A DNA stretch of 64,000 nt from Pseudomonadota bacterium (GTDB taxonomy: Bacteria > Myxococcota_A > Polyangia > Palsa-1104 > JAEUJZ01): positions 4,636-68,635 of the forward strand of contig DAOLIT010000011.1 in NCBI GenBank assembly GCA_035328405.1, written 5' to 3'. The position numbers and the translations under genes were made by a program. Within the stretch, counting starts at the first letter, position 1. Every line of letters starts with the position of its first letter. Positions 1 through 10,115 of this stretch are shown here, piece after piece. The notes beneath the pieces were generated by a model that saw only the letters and a program-made list of their open reading frames with translations, made no database searches and had not been told where the DNA came from.

Positions 1-399
1 TCGCCGGTCGTTCGTACGCGCGACGGGTTGCATCTACTTCATCTTGCGCATCCACATGCGGGTCCGTGCTCAATTTGCGCCCCGCAGGTTCCGGTGCGAC
101 AGGTTGTGCAGTCACAAGTTGTCGCGAAAGGAGCGTTGCCTTGCTCTCGTCTGAAATCAGGTCTCTGCTTGGCGAAAAACGCGCCTCTGCGGTTTTCCGA
201 ATCTGCCCCCAATCCGCCTGCGAAATCGTCGTATCCCGAGGAGAAAGTCGCGGATCATTGAGAAGCAGATTCACCGTCTTTTTAGACGCCGGAGGTTTCG
301 GCGCTGCCTCCTCTGCTCCAAAAACCACGTTTGCAAAGCCCACCGGAAACACAACCCAAGTCGCAATGACCAGCATCCAACGCATGCAACCAGACTGCC

Positions 400-834
400 T
401 CATGGAATCGGATTCCGAAAGTCGTGATACGTGCGATGCAGCGCCATCCCGAGCAGCATCGAGATCACAAACAGAAGCGCACTTGTCGATCCGCTTGCAA
501 ACGCCACAATCGCGGGCCCCGGACAATATCCAGCAAGGCCCCAACCCGAGCCAAACAGGAGTCCTCCCACGATGAGTTTTGCGTCCAAATCTTGGCTTGT
601 GGGCAAGTGAAACTTTTGCCCCAAAACAGGCTTTTGCCGTCGCAAAATAAACGGAAAGGACAGAAACGTCACGAGCACCGCACCGCCCATCACCAAAGCG
701 AGACTCGGATCGAAGTTTCCGCTCACATCCAAAAAGTCCTGCACTTTTTGCGGATTCACCATCCCCGAAACGAGCAGACCCGTTCCAAAAAGTGCCCCCA
801 AAACAAACGAAGTAAGACTCTGTTTCGCGCTCAT
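400..834 (-). CDS. YeeE/YedE (DUF395) family membrane protein, half-size paralog 2; putative sulfur/thiosulfate transporter component
   Basis: Translation contains the family-typical glycine/cysteine motif GSGWGLAGYCPGPA within hydrophobic TM segments. Start chosen at MSAKQSLTSFVLG, which overlaps the upstream gene by 4 bp (ATGA). The longer ORF N-terminus is Arg/Gly-rich junk. Confidence 0.55.
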   Translation of the reverse strand: MSAKQSLTSFVLGALFGTGLLVSGMVNPQKVQDFLDVSGNFDPSLALVMGGAVLVTFLSFPFILRRQKPVLGQKFHLPTSQDLDAKLIVGGLLFGSGWGLAGYCPGPAIVAFASGSTSALLFVISMLLGMALHRTYHDFRNPIP

Positions 835-1271
835 GGGGAGACTCCCAGCAGGTGACGCAGGACGAAGACGGTCAGCGCGCCGCTCACAAGAAACGTGATC
901 GTGTACGCCACGGAACGGCGCGAACGTCGGCCCAGTCCACAGACACCGTGACCACTTGTGCATCCCGATCCGAGGCGCGATCCAAAGCCCACCAAAAGAC
1001 CCGCCAGAACCAGCATCCTTGGCGACGCTGTCGAGGGAAACGACGGCAACCTCCCAAAGATCAGCAGATAACCAATCGGCGCAGCCATCATCCCGATCAA
1101 AAAGAGCGCCCGCCAAGAAGCGTCTCCTTTCGACGGATGCAGGAGCCCGCCGACCATTCCGCTGATTCCCGCGATGCGACCTTTCAGCAGCAACATCAGC
1201 GCCGAGGCCACTCCGATCAGCAACCCACCCACCGAGGATGAAACAGGTGTGAAATTGTTCATAAACATACA
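831..1271 (-). CDS. YeeE/YedE (DUF395) family membrane protein, half-size paralog 1
   Basis: Contains the motif GSGCTSGHGVCG in a hydrophobic context. Start at MFMNNFT. Arranged in tandem with the 400-834 gene as a split pair. Confidence 0.55.
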   Translation of the reverse strand, partial: CMFMNNFTPVSSSVGGLLIGVASALMLLLKGRIAGISGMVGGLLHPSKGDASWRALFLIGMMAAPIGYLLIFGRLPSFPSTASPRMLVLAGLLVGFGSRLGSGCTSGHGVCGLGRRSRRSVAYTITFLVSGALTVFVLRHLLGVSP

Positions 1272-1322
1272 TTTACCAAACCTGTCCGCATCCCGACATC
1301 GCAAAAAGAGCAGGACCTGCAA

Positions 1323-2015
1323 CTAAAAACGCAGCTTGGTTTGTGGCAAAACATCCGCCAAAAAGTCGCGCGGCCAACTCAAGCGCGTTTCGTCTGGGAG
1401 TTGGCCATGTTTCTGTACATACGCGCGCAAAAAACGGCGGGTCGCTTCGTTCACATAGCCGCCTCCACAATGGCCTTTGAGTTCCTCTGGAAATGCGGTG
1501 CGATGCCTTTCACAAAACGCAAACCAGCGTTCATCACGCACTACTTTCGCACAGACAGAAGCTGCCGCTACCGTCGGGAAAAGTGAATCTGCTTTGTCTT
1601 GCGCCACAAAGTTTCGCAAAGGGAAACGCTTGGCAAGGGAACCAAAGAGCCGTTCTCCATCCGCGCAAATCCGATCGACTTGTGGGGATCGCAAAAGGAG
1701 TCGTGCGGCCACTTCCCTTTCCAATTCATTGAGACCCCCTTTGAAAACCGCTGCATCGACTTCATGCGCTTCCACAACGGTCACTTCGCAAAACAGCGCC
1801 CGCTTTTGGATTTCCGTCATCAAGAATTTTCTGCGAACGTGCGCTTTTTCCCCCGCACCAAATCGTTTGCTGTCCTGCACCCCCAGTGACACTAGTTCCT
1901 CTTGCGCCGTGCGGGAAAGCGCAACCGCAGCCAGCACCAAAGGACCCAACATTGGCCCCCTTCCCGCTTCATCTAGACCCAGCTCGAAATTCCCAGTCTC
2001 CGCGATCTTTTGCAT
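1323..2015 (-). CDS. rnhB: Ribonuclease HII
   Basis: N-terminal LGLDEAGRGPMLGPLVLAAV (the DEAGRGP catalytic motif of RNase HII) and RNase HII-like length. Start placed at MQKIAETGNFELGLDEAGRG. Confidence 0.85.
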   Translation of the reverse strand: MQKIAETGNFELGLDEAGRGPMLGPLVLAAVALSRTAQEELVSLGVQDSKRFGAGEKAHVRRKFLMTEIQKRALFCEVTVVEAHEVDAAVFKGGLNELEREVAARLLLRSPQVDRICADGERLFGSLAKRFPLRNFVAQDKADSLFPTVAAASVCAKVVRDERWFAFCERHRTAFPEELKGHCGGGYVNEATRRFLRAYVQKHGQLPDETRLSWPRDFLADVLPQTKLRF

Positions 2016-2028
2016 CGCGGAAGGTGTA

Positions 2029-3939
2029 TCACATTTTGCGCAGAACCGTTCCCAACGCACCCGCAACATAGACTTTGCCAAAAACGGCAAACACACTTTG
2101 CAACGCGGGAAAATCCGACGAGACCAAGGAAAACTGTTCGCCTTGGTAGTGATAAACCGAACCTTGGCTTGTCACCGCCCAGACATCTTGTGGCCCGGAA
2201 CCAGAGATTCCTGAAATCATCTCTGTGCTGTTTCCTCCATTCAAGGAATAGGTTTTCCAGTTCGTTCCATCGTACCGCGCCATGAAACCATTGGTTCCCC
2301 CGATCCAGACATCCGAAGCGGAATTCGCAAAGACCGCATTCAGAGCCTGGCTCCCCGTCGGTGCGCTGGAATCCTGGGTCCACCCATTTTTGCCTCTCCT
2401 GACAACGGTTCCGTTTTCACCGACTGCATAGACTAAAACGTCTGCTGCGCCTGCAGAAGGAACCGCAAACACACTTCGCAAACCAATCTTTGCAGCAACA
2501 GGGGCGCTTTCATTGATGAAGGTGCCATTTTCTTTGTCATACAGACCAATGAAACCGTTGTTTCCGACCACCCAGACGTTGTTCGCGTTCGCACCATGAA
2601 TCGCGGTGAGTTCCTCTGCGCCCTTCCACATTCCCACGCATTTTTTGGTGTCGCAGTTGTGAAGCACTCCAAAACCCACGACCCATGCCGCATCTTTCGT
2701 TGGTGCATAGACACCATTGAGTGTCACAGAGGAACCGTTTTCAACGGTTTCCCAACGGTTCCCCTTCCGATGAAGGACTGAACCCCCGATGCCAACCGCC
2801 CACATGTCTTCATCGGTCGTTCCAGACAGCGAAAGCAGGGTTTGGTTGTGTCCGGCAGGCAGCAAGTTGGGGAGACCTGCGGACACGCGATAGAGCGTTG
2901 TTCCCCCGATCCACAAGTCATTTCCTGGAAGCAGCACCATCGCTTTTGCCACTTCCATTCCTGACAAAGTACGAGAGGACCAAGTCTTGTCTGTTCTGAA
3001 AAACAGAGAGCCGGGTTTTCCACTTACGTATGTGTTTGTTCCGTCGGAAACAAGCAACGAAAGAGAGTCGGTCTTGTTGGTCGTGGTGGGGCCGCCATAC
3101 TTTTCCCAAGTACCATCATTGGTACGTTTCAACATGCAGTTGTTTGCCCCCAGAATCACTGGGGAATCCTGGAGTACACCGATTCCAGCCAGGTCCATAC
3201 AGTCTATGGGGGTCGTTTCGGTTCGCACACTGCTTCCATCCCAATGCAGCGTTTTTACACTCCCTGCCTCCCGGCCCAAAAAGTACACTCCGCTCGACGC
3301 GCCAGTGATCGCGAACAGAGAAGCTGTCGTTCCTGTCGGAATGGTGTTCCACCCGTTCTCGTCTTTGTGCAAAACCGCGCCTTGATCACCGACCACCCAA
3401 ATGTTGTCCGCCCCATTTCCCCACGCGGCCAAAAGGTTCGCGGTCGTGCCGGTTTCCTCGGCGACCAGCCGTTCTCCGTTCCATTTGTGAATCGCGCCGT
3501 TGTCACCAACGAGCAGGAATGCTTCTTCTCCTGCGCCCACAAGCGCTTGTATGTTCATAGGCAGATCCACAAGCAGCGGAACGAAAGTAGATCCCGAAAA
3601 GCGATACAACCGATTCCGGCTTGCCAGGAAAAGATGGCCCGTGCTTGTGCCGTACATGGCGTTTGGCTGGAACAGTTGCGGTCGTGGATTTTCCCAGCAG
3701 AAACCGTCGCTGCGACACGACGCAGGCTCACACTGTCGGGTCTTGTAGTTACAGGTCTGATCGCTTGGACAAAGCAGCGGTTTGTTCGTGCAGGCAGCCG
3801 GATTTTCTGCCCGAAAGGGGTCAAAGAAAGCGGAACAACTCGAAAGACAAAGGGCAAGGCCAAGACTGGTTAAGCGCATACGACTCCTCCAATGCAATCG
3901 TATCCTGGGAAGCGCGTTCGCCCTTCCGAACCTTGCCAT
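2029..3939 (-). CDS. Large lipoprotein with a Cys-rich N-terminal module and repeated beta-propeller blades (Ycf48/BNR-like D-x-W-x-V-G repeats)
   Basis: Lipobox-like signal (LGLALCLSSCS). The N-terminus is Cys-rich (CPSDQTCNYKTRQCEPASCRSDGFC). At least 8 repeats carry the pattern NVWVVG / DMWAVG / DVWIGG / DVWAVT followed by G-x-I at roughly 45-aa periodicity. Exact start uncertain (MARF at 3939 or MRLTS at 3879). Confidence 0.5.
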   Translation of the reverse strand: MARFGRANALPRIRLHWRSRMRLTSLGLALCLSSCSAFFDPFRAENPAACTNKPLLCPSDQTCNYKTRQCEPASCRSDGFCWENPRPQLFQPNAMYGTSTGHLFLASRNRLYRFSGSTFVPLLVDLPMNIQALVGAGEEAFLLVGDNGAIHKWNGERLVAEETGTTANLLAAWGNGADNIWVVGDQGAVLHKDENGWNTIPTGTTASLFAITGASSGVYFLGREAGSVKTLHWDGSSVRTETTPIDCMDLAGIGVLQDSPVILGANNCMLKRTNDGTWEKYGGPTTTNKTDSLSLLVSDGTNTYVSGKPGSLFFRTDKTWSSRTLSGMEVAKAMVLLPGNDLWIGGTTLYRVSAGLPNLLPAGHNQTLLSLSGTTDEDMWAVGIGGSVLHRKGNRWETVENGSSVTLNGVYAPTKDAAWVVGFGVLHNCDTKKCVGMWKGAEELTAIHGANANNVWVVGNNGFIGLYDKENGTFINESAPVAAKIGLRSVFAVPSAGAADVLVYAVGENGTVVRRGKNGWTQDSSAPTGSQALNAVFANSASDVWIGGTNGFMARYDGTNWKTYSLNGGNSTEMISGISGSGPQDVWAVTSQGSVYHYQGEQFSLVSSDFPALQSVFAVFGKVYVAGALGTVLRKM

Positions 3940-3951
3940 GTACTCACTTTT

Positions 3952-6150
3952 TTAAGGATTCTGCGCCTCTCTGGGTTTGGGTAGTCGTTCGAGCACTTTG
4001 CGCACAGCATCCTTGCGCTTCTCTTGATCGGCGTCCAGGATTTCAACCCGTTTTTGCGTCGCAGAAAGCCTGTCCTCTGTTTCCAAAATTCGTTTGAGCA
4101 GAGGATTCCCATCGGTCCCGCCAGCTGCGGCTGAACCCAGTGCTTTCAGGTGTTCTCGCAACCGTTCCAAATCCTTTTCTGCTTTCTTCACATCACTGCG
4201 CAGTTTGTCGAGTTCCTTGCCCGCGTCCTCCCATTCTTTTTGGCGAGCAGCAGCTTCCGCTGCGATGGATCTTTCCGACGCTGGAACCGTGGACAAGGAT
4301 GCGATGTGGAACAGCCGACTGGCTTGCAGTCCGCGCAGATCGGTCTTTCGTGACAGTCCTTCCATCGTCACGATCGGGCGTTCGACTTTGCTTTGTGGAG
4401 GAAGTTCAAACACCGCCACCGAACCCCCTTTGTCCGCAACCACTTCCAAGCGATCGGCCCCCTGAATTTGGGTATTCATCGACACACCCAGCGGCATATA
4501 CACATGCCTTGGCTGCATCGAGCGATTTTGCAACACGTACACCTGATCACGTCGCCGGACAAAATGTTCCTCGAAGCGATCGTCCGAAAATGCAAGACGC
4601 TGTGTGTCATCTTTCTGCGTTTGTCGGTTCCGTTTCGCTTCGACATCCAGCTCAAAACCGTATTCGACAATCCGTCGCTCGCCCGGCTTCAGACGCGGCA
4701 AAACCGTTTCGCCAAGGAGCCCCGCATCTGAAAACACCGCCAACGTCCCTTCAGGAATCGTTTGTTTCGTCGTGTTTTGCAGACGCAAACTGCTGCGCGC
4801 TGGTTCGCCTGGGCTTGGCAACCAAGTGATCTGTTCCACATCGACCGACTCATACACAAACGGCAAGAGCGCCGAACCGTGCGCCCGCAAATCCAGGGGC
4901 TCACCCAGCGAATACGCAAAAAGGGAGCCCGCCTCAACACCACTCGCCGACGTGGTGGGTGCAAGTTGTCCGATCGACAGCAACGAACTTGTGCTGGTCG
5001 AACCGGACCCGCTGCCTGTTCCGCTGCCGTGGCCGATCGTACCTATCGAGCCCAGTCCAATGGTTCCCTCTCCTGTGCCACCACCGCCTGCTCCCATTCC
5101 CGACAAACCCAACCCACCCGCGCCATAGGAATCCCCAACATGGTCTCCCCACAGCTTGTCTGCATTTTCAGAAAGGAGTTGGGGGACTGTGGACAGTTGA
5201 TTCTCAGGTGTAATGAGAGGCCGGCGCGTGTACCTGGGTGCAGCAAGCGGAAACAAAAAGGAATCTGGTCGTCCAGACAACAAATGTACGCGCACAGAAC
5301 GCCAATCTTCGTCGGTGTCGTTGTGAATGAGTGCCCAACCTTGCAGCGTTCCCCCTTTGCCAGAATCAGCAACCACCAGCCGATAGGAAACACGCCACAA
5401 CGGAGCTTCCGCCAAATACGCAATATCGACTGCACCCCCATTGCGACTCAAAAGCCGCAACATCCTCTCTGTTCCACGCCCCGATTGTGACGTTGCTGAA
5501 AGTGCTGTCCGCAACCTTTGTGCAAACGTCGGATCAAGAGGCCGCACTGTCGTGACTTCCGACAAAGAGAGGCGAACGAGTTCCCCCCGATCCGTCAGCA
5601 GGAGCAGTTGTTTTCCGCTGGCTTTGTCGCTCGGAGTTGCAGAAGGTGTGCGGGTGTCGTCTTTCTTTTTGTCGGCCTCTGCATCGGCCTCTGCAGATCG
5701 GAGTTTTCCTTCCGGGAGTACGTCAACCAGACGACCCTGGACCACCGTTTTCCCATGCCGAACTTCGACGACGGAACCCTTGAGCGCAGACAGGAGATGT
5801 TGAAAATCGATCGGTGCTTCCTCCGCCGCAGAAAGACCTGCCAGTGCTCTTCCCATTCCTGGGCTAACACTCGACGCAAATTCGACGCCGAACACAGGTG
5901 ACTTCGCGCCCTGCGATAGCACCAGCAGCGTTTTGAGTGCGTCATCCAGGTGCCCTGCTGGAACCGGCAACACCGTCGGTTTGCTACCCAGCACCCCCGC
6001 CCGTTCAAAGTACCCAATCCCCGTTTCATATAGACGCACAGATCGAAGGGGCAACACCTGCGCATCCGTATCCTTTTCGTGGCGGTTCACCGTCGCACAT
6101 CCAACACACAAGGGCAGAGTCGCCCACAACATCCATTGCACTGTTTTCAT
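3952..6150 (-). CDS. DUF4139-like secreted protein with a Gly-rich linker and a C-terminal coiled coil
   Basis: Signal/lipoprotein N-terminus (MKTVQWMLWATLPLCVGC). Long mixed alpha/beta domain followed by a low-complexity Gly/Ser tract (GAGGLGLSGMGAGGGGTGEG...GSGTGSGSGS). C-terminal charged coiled-coil segment (KELDKLRSDVKKAEKDLERLREHLKAL). The architecture is recurrent in myxobacterial DUF4139 proteins. The family assignment is from memory of the architecture, not a computed match. Confidence 0.45.
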   Translation of the reverse strand: MKTVQWMLWATLPLCVGCATVNRHEKDTDAQVLPLRSVRLYETGIGYFERAGVLGSKPTVLPVPAGHLDDALKTLLVLSQGAKSPVFGVEFASSVSPGMGRALAGLSAAEEAPIDFQHLLSALKGSVVEVRHGKTVVQGRLVDVLPEGKLRSAEADAEADKKKDDTRTPSATPSDKASGKQLLLLTDRGELVRLSLSEVTTVRPLDPTFAQRLRTALSATSQSGRGTERMLRLLSRNGGAVDIAYLAEAPLWRVSYRLVVADSGKGGTLQGWALIHNDTDEDWRSVRVHLLSGRPDSFLFPLAAPRYTRRPLITPENQLSTVPQLLSENADKLWGDHVGDSYGAGGLGLSGMGAGGGGTGEGTIGLGSIGTIGHGSGTGSGSGSTSTSSLLSIGQLAPTTSASGVEAGSLFAYSLGEPLDLRAHGSALLPFVYESVDVEQITWLPSPGEPARSSLRLQNTTKQTIPEGTLAVFSDAGLLGETVLPRLKPGERRIVEYGFELDVEAKRNRQTQKDDTQRLAFSDDRFEEHFVRRRDQVYVLQNRSMQPRHVYMPLGVSMNTQIQGADRLEVVADKGGSVAVFELPPQSKVERPIVTMEGLSRKTDLRGLQASRLFHIASLSTVPASERSIAAEAAARQKEWEDAGKELDKLRSDVKKAEKDLERLREHLKALGSAAAGGTDGNPLLKRILETEDRLSATQKRVEILDADQEKRKDAVRKVLERLPKPREAQNP

Positions 6151-6254
6151 GCTGTCTCCTTGATACGTCCTGACTTCCAGCCCCGCATTTTGTTCCACCG
6201 CTTGCCGCAAAGCAGACTCTTTTCCTGCATGGAAAGACATGATTTGCTCGCGCC

Positions 6255-8810
6255 ATGTGTACGTCCGATCGCTTGCCAAAGGTGTGTTTTTCCCGCTTGT
6301 CTGGCTTGTTTGTCCATCACGATTTGGCCTGCTTGGGAGTCTTTGCGACCGTCGCGCTTGGTTGCGGAGAACTTCCCAATCCAGAACGGATCAGCGACGG
6401 AGAATTTGCCGCCGAATTCGATCCGAAAGATCAAACGCTTCGGTTTGTTTCTGCCGATCGCGTCCTCCTTCGTTTTCCTCCCGATGCTTGGCAAATCGGA
6501 ACGGTTGAGCGTTTTGACGATCGCAAAAACTACAACCCGTATTGGTTGGAATATGGTGCCGACGTGCTGCCCCAAGGCCCACCAGACGACTTGGTTTGGC
6601 ACCAGGTATCACAGATCGTTCTCGTCGAAAAAACGCGGTTTTCGATGGAATTGTCGCTGCTTCTTACGGGTGACCAGACTGCACGTATCCGCATCGAAAC
6701 GAATCGGCCAGGGATTTTTTCCGCCGATGTATTCCCAAACGAGAAAGGCGAAAAGGACGATCGCGAACCGGTTTTTTTGCGGTTGCGTCCGCGTGCGGAT
6801 TCGCAGGAAGCCTTCTATGGTTTGGGCGGTTTTGCCGACGACGTAAACCACCGTGGCAAGGTCCGACCGATGCAGCAAGAGATCGACTTGCTCGAATCGC
6901 GCAGCAATGAAAACCGAGTTCCCATTCCTTTGTTGCTCGGGTCAAGTGGGTTCGGTTTGTTTGTCGAAAATCGTCGTCCGGGGGTCTTTGCAGTCGCCAA
7001 CAAAGAAGCCGATTTGATCGAAGTTACGTACGGAACCGCGAACGACAGCGCGCAGGGTTTGCGGTTTCATTTGCTTGCCGCCCCGCGACCGCTGGATGTG
7101 CTCGCGAAGTACTTTGCGCTGACCGGTTTTCCGACGCTGCCCGCGCCGTGGGCACTCGGCCCCTGGATCTGGCGCAACGAAAACAAAAACCAAGCAGTGG
7201 TCGAAGACGATGTAAAAAAAATTCGTGATCTCGATCTGGCGACGACCGCGATTTGGATCGATCGACCGTATGCCACGCGCGTCAACAGTTTCGATTTTGA
7301 AACTGCCCGATATCCTGACCCCGATGCGATGGTTCGCAAGATTCATGCAGCGGGTCTGCGCCTAGCCCTGTGGCATGCGCCCTATCTGGAGTCCGGGAGT
7401 CCTGAGCTCTCTTTCGCAGAGCAGTCTGGCTACTTTCCCCCCCAGACCGGACTCCTTCTGAACAAGTGGGGCAAGCCGCTCGATCTGTCCAATTCCCAAG
7501 CCCGCTTGTTTTGGCAAAAGCAGTTGAGAAAGTACACAGAACGTGGAATCGAGGGGTTCAAACTCGATTATGCAGAGGATGTCGTCGTCGGCCTTGGGGG
7601 AGCCCGTTCGGGATGGCGTTTTTCCGATGGGAGCGACGAGCGAACCATGCACCACGATTATCCACTCCTATACCATCGCACCTATGCGGAACTGCTTCCC
7701 AAAACCGGCGGCTTCTTGCTGTGTCGCACCGGTCGTTTTGGCGATCAAGCGAACGCTTCCGTGATTTGGCCAGGGGACATGGATGCTTCTTTTGCACACC
7801 ACAGAGAACCCGTGACTTTGCCTGATGGGAAAACCGTGCTTTCCGTCGGTGGTCTGCCTGCAACGGTCGTCATGGGACTCAATCTTTCTCTGTCCGGCTT
7901 CCCTCTGTTTGGCGCAGACACCGGAGGGTATCGCAAAAGTCCTCCAGACAAGGAACTGTACATTCGATGGTTTCAGCAAACGGCATTGTCCGCGGTCATG
8001 CAGGTCGGAGACGCTTCCAGCCAACCCCCATGGGAATACACCCCTCAAAATGGCCGCGATACCGAAACACTCGATCTGTACAGACATTTCGCGCGCCTGC
8101 ACTTGCGTCTTTTTCCGTATGAATGGACGTACTTGCAACAGATGTCACAAACAGGTCGCCCCCTTCTGCGCCCGCTTGGATTTGTTTTTCCGTCGCTGGC
8201 GGAACATCCAAACGACGAATACTTTTTTGGCGATGATCTCTTGGTCGCTCCTGTGTTGATCCGTGGAGCACGCACTCGAGATGTGTTGTTTCCCCCCGGC
8301 GATTTTGTCGATTTTGAAACAGGGGAACTGTTTTCAGGTCAAACTGCTCGCCACGTTCTCGTTTCTGCGCCGCTTTCCAAATTGCCTCTGTTTGTGCGAA
8401 AAGGGGCTCTGATTCCATTGCTTTCACCGACGGTGGATACCTATTCTCCCACCACGCTTCCGAATGTCGATTCCTTTTCCAATGATCCAGGCCTCCTGCA
8501 CCTGCTTGTGATTCCTGCAAACACGAAAAGTGAGTTCTCCGTTTACGATGGAACGACACTCCGTTACGACCCCGAAGCGCGGCGGTATTCCCAAACACCA
8601 GGCACTCTGTTTACAAAGGGACAATGGATCAACGTCTTCCCCTTTCCGGTCCCTCCAAAACAAGTTCACACGGGGTCAGAAGTCATGTCTCGTGTCGCAA
8701 CCAACACAGACCTGGAGCGTGTTGCGAGTGGATGGTTCTGGTCGGCAGACAGAGGCGGAACCCTCGTCGTGAAACTCGCTCGAAACCAAACAGATTTCGT
8801 ATGGGAGTAA
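6255..8810 (+). CDS. Glycoside hydrolase family 31-like (alpha-glucosidase/alpha-xylosidase-type), probable lipoprotein
   Basis: Motifs GIEGFKLDYAED (GH31 nucleophile region, compare FKTDFGE) and SVIWPGDMDASF (GH31 acid/base WxGDN region); WIDRPYA segment. Size and the C-terminal beta-sandwich-like tail are consistent with GH31. N-terminus has a Cys (VALGCGE) consistent with a lipobox. Start could be downstream of 6255. Confidence 0.55.
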   Translation: MCTSDRLPKVCFSRLSGLFVHHDLACLGVFATVALGCGELPNPERISDGEFAAEFDPKDQTLRFVSADRVLLRFPPDAWQIGTVERFDDRKNYNPYWLEYGADVLPQGPPDDLVWHQVSQIVLVEKTRFSMELSLLLTGDQTARIRIETNRPGIFSADVFPNEKGEKDDREPVFLRLRPRADSQEAFYGLGGFADDVNHRGKVRPMQQEIDLLESRSNENRVPIPLLLGSSGFGLFVENRRPGVFAVANKEADLIEVTYGTANDSAQGLRFHLLAAPRPLDVLAKYFALTGFPTLPAPWALGPWIWRNENKNQAVVEDDVKKIRDLDLATTAIWIDRPYATRVNSFDFETARYPDPDAMVRKIHAAGLRLALWHAPYLESGSPELSFAEQSGYFPPQTGLLLNKWGKPLDLSNSQARLFWQKQLRKYTERGIEGFKLDYAEDVVVGLGGARSGWRFSDGSDERTMHHDYPLLYHRTYAELLPKTGGFLLCRTGRFGDQANASVIWPGDMDASFAHHREPVTLPDGKTVLSVGGLPATVVMGLNLSLSGFPLFGADTGGYRKSPPDKELYIRWFQQTALSAVMQVGDASSQPPWEYTPQNGRDTETLDLYRHFARLHLRLFPYEWTYLQQMSQTGRPLLRPLGFVFPSLAEHPNDEYFFGDDLLVAPVLIRGARTRDVLFPPGDFVDFETGELFSGQTARHVLVSAPLSKLPLFVRKGALIPLLSPTVDTYSPTTLPNVDSFSNDPGLLHLLVIPANTKSEFSVYDGTTLRYDPEARRYSQTPGTLFTKGQWINVFPFPVPPKQVHTGSEVMSRVATNTDLERVASGWFWSADRGGTLVVKLARNQTDFVWE

Positions 8811-8918
8811 TGCCTAGATTGACTTTCGCCTACGTCGCATAGTAAGCCCGCTCAAAACATCGCGATGTCCGGTCGCGATTTCCAATCGCACTTATACAAA
8901 GATCCTGAGGTCTATACG

Positions 8919-10115
8919 ATGCACGTTCTCCTTGCCATAGGAACACGGCCAGAAGCCATCAAACTGGCCCCCCTTCACCACGCGCTGCACCGCGATCCTT
9001 TTTTTACCGTGACGACGTGCATCACGTCTCAACACAAAGAGCTGCTTCAGCAAATGCTGTCCTTTTTTGATGTGCGGCCCGATGTCGATTTGCAGGTGAT
9101 GCAGCCTCGGCAAACCCTGGCGAGTCTGACCGGTCATGTGTTGCGCGGTGCCGATGCTCTGCTTGCTGAAAAGAAGCCCGATTGGGTGATCGTTCAAGGC
9201 GACACAACGACGGCATTTACGGTCGGGCTTGCCGCGTTCTATCAGAAAATCCGCGTTGCGCACGTCGAAGCGGGTCTCCGTTCCTTTGATCTGTTGCAGC
9301 CCTTTCCTGAAGAAGCGAATCGACGTTTGCTGGATGTCTTTTCGGACTATTTGTTCGCTCCCACGGAAGATGCCGCAAACAATCTCCGAAAAGAGGGGTG
9401 CAAGCAGGAGGCCGTTTTTGTGACGGGAAACACCGGGATTGATGCCTTGTTTATGGCTGTCGATATTCTGCAAAAAGGTGGTCACCCCTTGCCGATTTCG
9501 CTGCCCTCTGGTTCCCAATTGGCCCTTGTCACTGCACACCGGAGAGAGTCGTTTGGCGACGGTCTTTCCCGAATTTGTCAGGCCGTTTTGCAGCTTCTTG
9601 CGCAGCATCCAAAACTTCATGTGTTGTATCCCGTACACCCAAATCCGCATGTTCAGGAGGCCGCACAAACGCACCTTGCAAACCATCCTCGTGTCACTTT
9701 ATGCGCACCGCTCGACTACCCAGGTTTCGTCGCTGCGCTTGCTGCCGCAGACTTGATTCTGACCGATTCAGGGGGAGTGCAAGAAGAAGCGCCCGCGCTT
9801 GGCAAACGTGTCCTTGTGTTGCGTGAAACCACCGAGCGACCTGAAGGCGTACAGGCCGGTGTGGCAAGACTTGTGGGAACGAACGTAGAGCAGATTGTGG
9901 ACTCGGCCAACCGTTTGCTTTCCCAAGGAGGTGCCCAGTCTGCCGTCATGAGTCCGTATGGAGACGGCCATGCTTCCTCCCGCATTGTCGAGGTACTCAA
10001 AACCGGAAGACTTGCGGCACCTTTTGGAACTCGAAGTGAAGCAGAAAGGGGCGGGGAGACTCAGGCCCAGCCTCTGCAATCCGTTTTCAACAGACACCAA
10101 AATGTCACGGGCTGA
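8919..10115 (+). CDS. wecB: UDP-N-acetylglucosamine 2-epimerase (non-hydrolysing)
   Basis: MHVLLAIGTRPEAIKLAPL N-terminus, HVEAGLRS and FVTGNTGIDAL motifs. Typical WecB/MnaA length and order of motifs. Confidence 0.85.
   Translation: MHVLLAIGTRPEAIKLAPLHHALHRDPFFTVTTCITSQHKELLQQMLSFFDVRPDVDLQVMQPRQTLASLTGHVLRGADALLAEKKPDWVIVQGDTTTAFTVGLAAFYQKIRVAHVEAGLRSFDLLQPFPEEANRRLLDVFSDYLFAPTEDAANNLRKEGCKQEAVFVTGNTGIDALFMAVDILQKGGHPLPISLPSGSQLALVTAHRRESFGDGLSRICQAVLQLLAQHPKLHVLYPVHPNPHVQEAAQTHLANHPRVTLCAPLDYPGFVAALAAADLILTDSGGVQEEAPALGKRVLVLRETTERPEGVQAGVARLVGTNVEQIVDSANRLLSQGGAQSAVMSPYGDGHASSRIVEVLKTGRLAAPFGTRSEAERGGETQAQPLQSVFNRHQNVTG

Noticed and set aside
66-575. 169-aa + strand ORF at the window start
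   Set aside because: Arg/Ser-rich, and it overlaps the minus-strand YeeE-like gene. The first 400 bp may instead carry the 3' end of a minus-strand gene that is cut by the window edge.
2433-6065. Numerous 60-250-aa ORFs in alternative frames inside the propeller, DUF4139 and GH31 genes
   Set aside because: They lie within longer, better-supported genes, and their composition is Arg/Pro-rich.
8859-8879. Hairpin ATCGCGA-N7-TCGCGAT after the GH31 gene as an intrinsic terminator
   Set aside because: Only 7-bp stem, no U-tract. It overlaps a possible alternative wecB start. Too weak to call.
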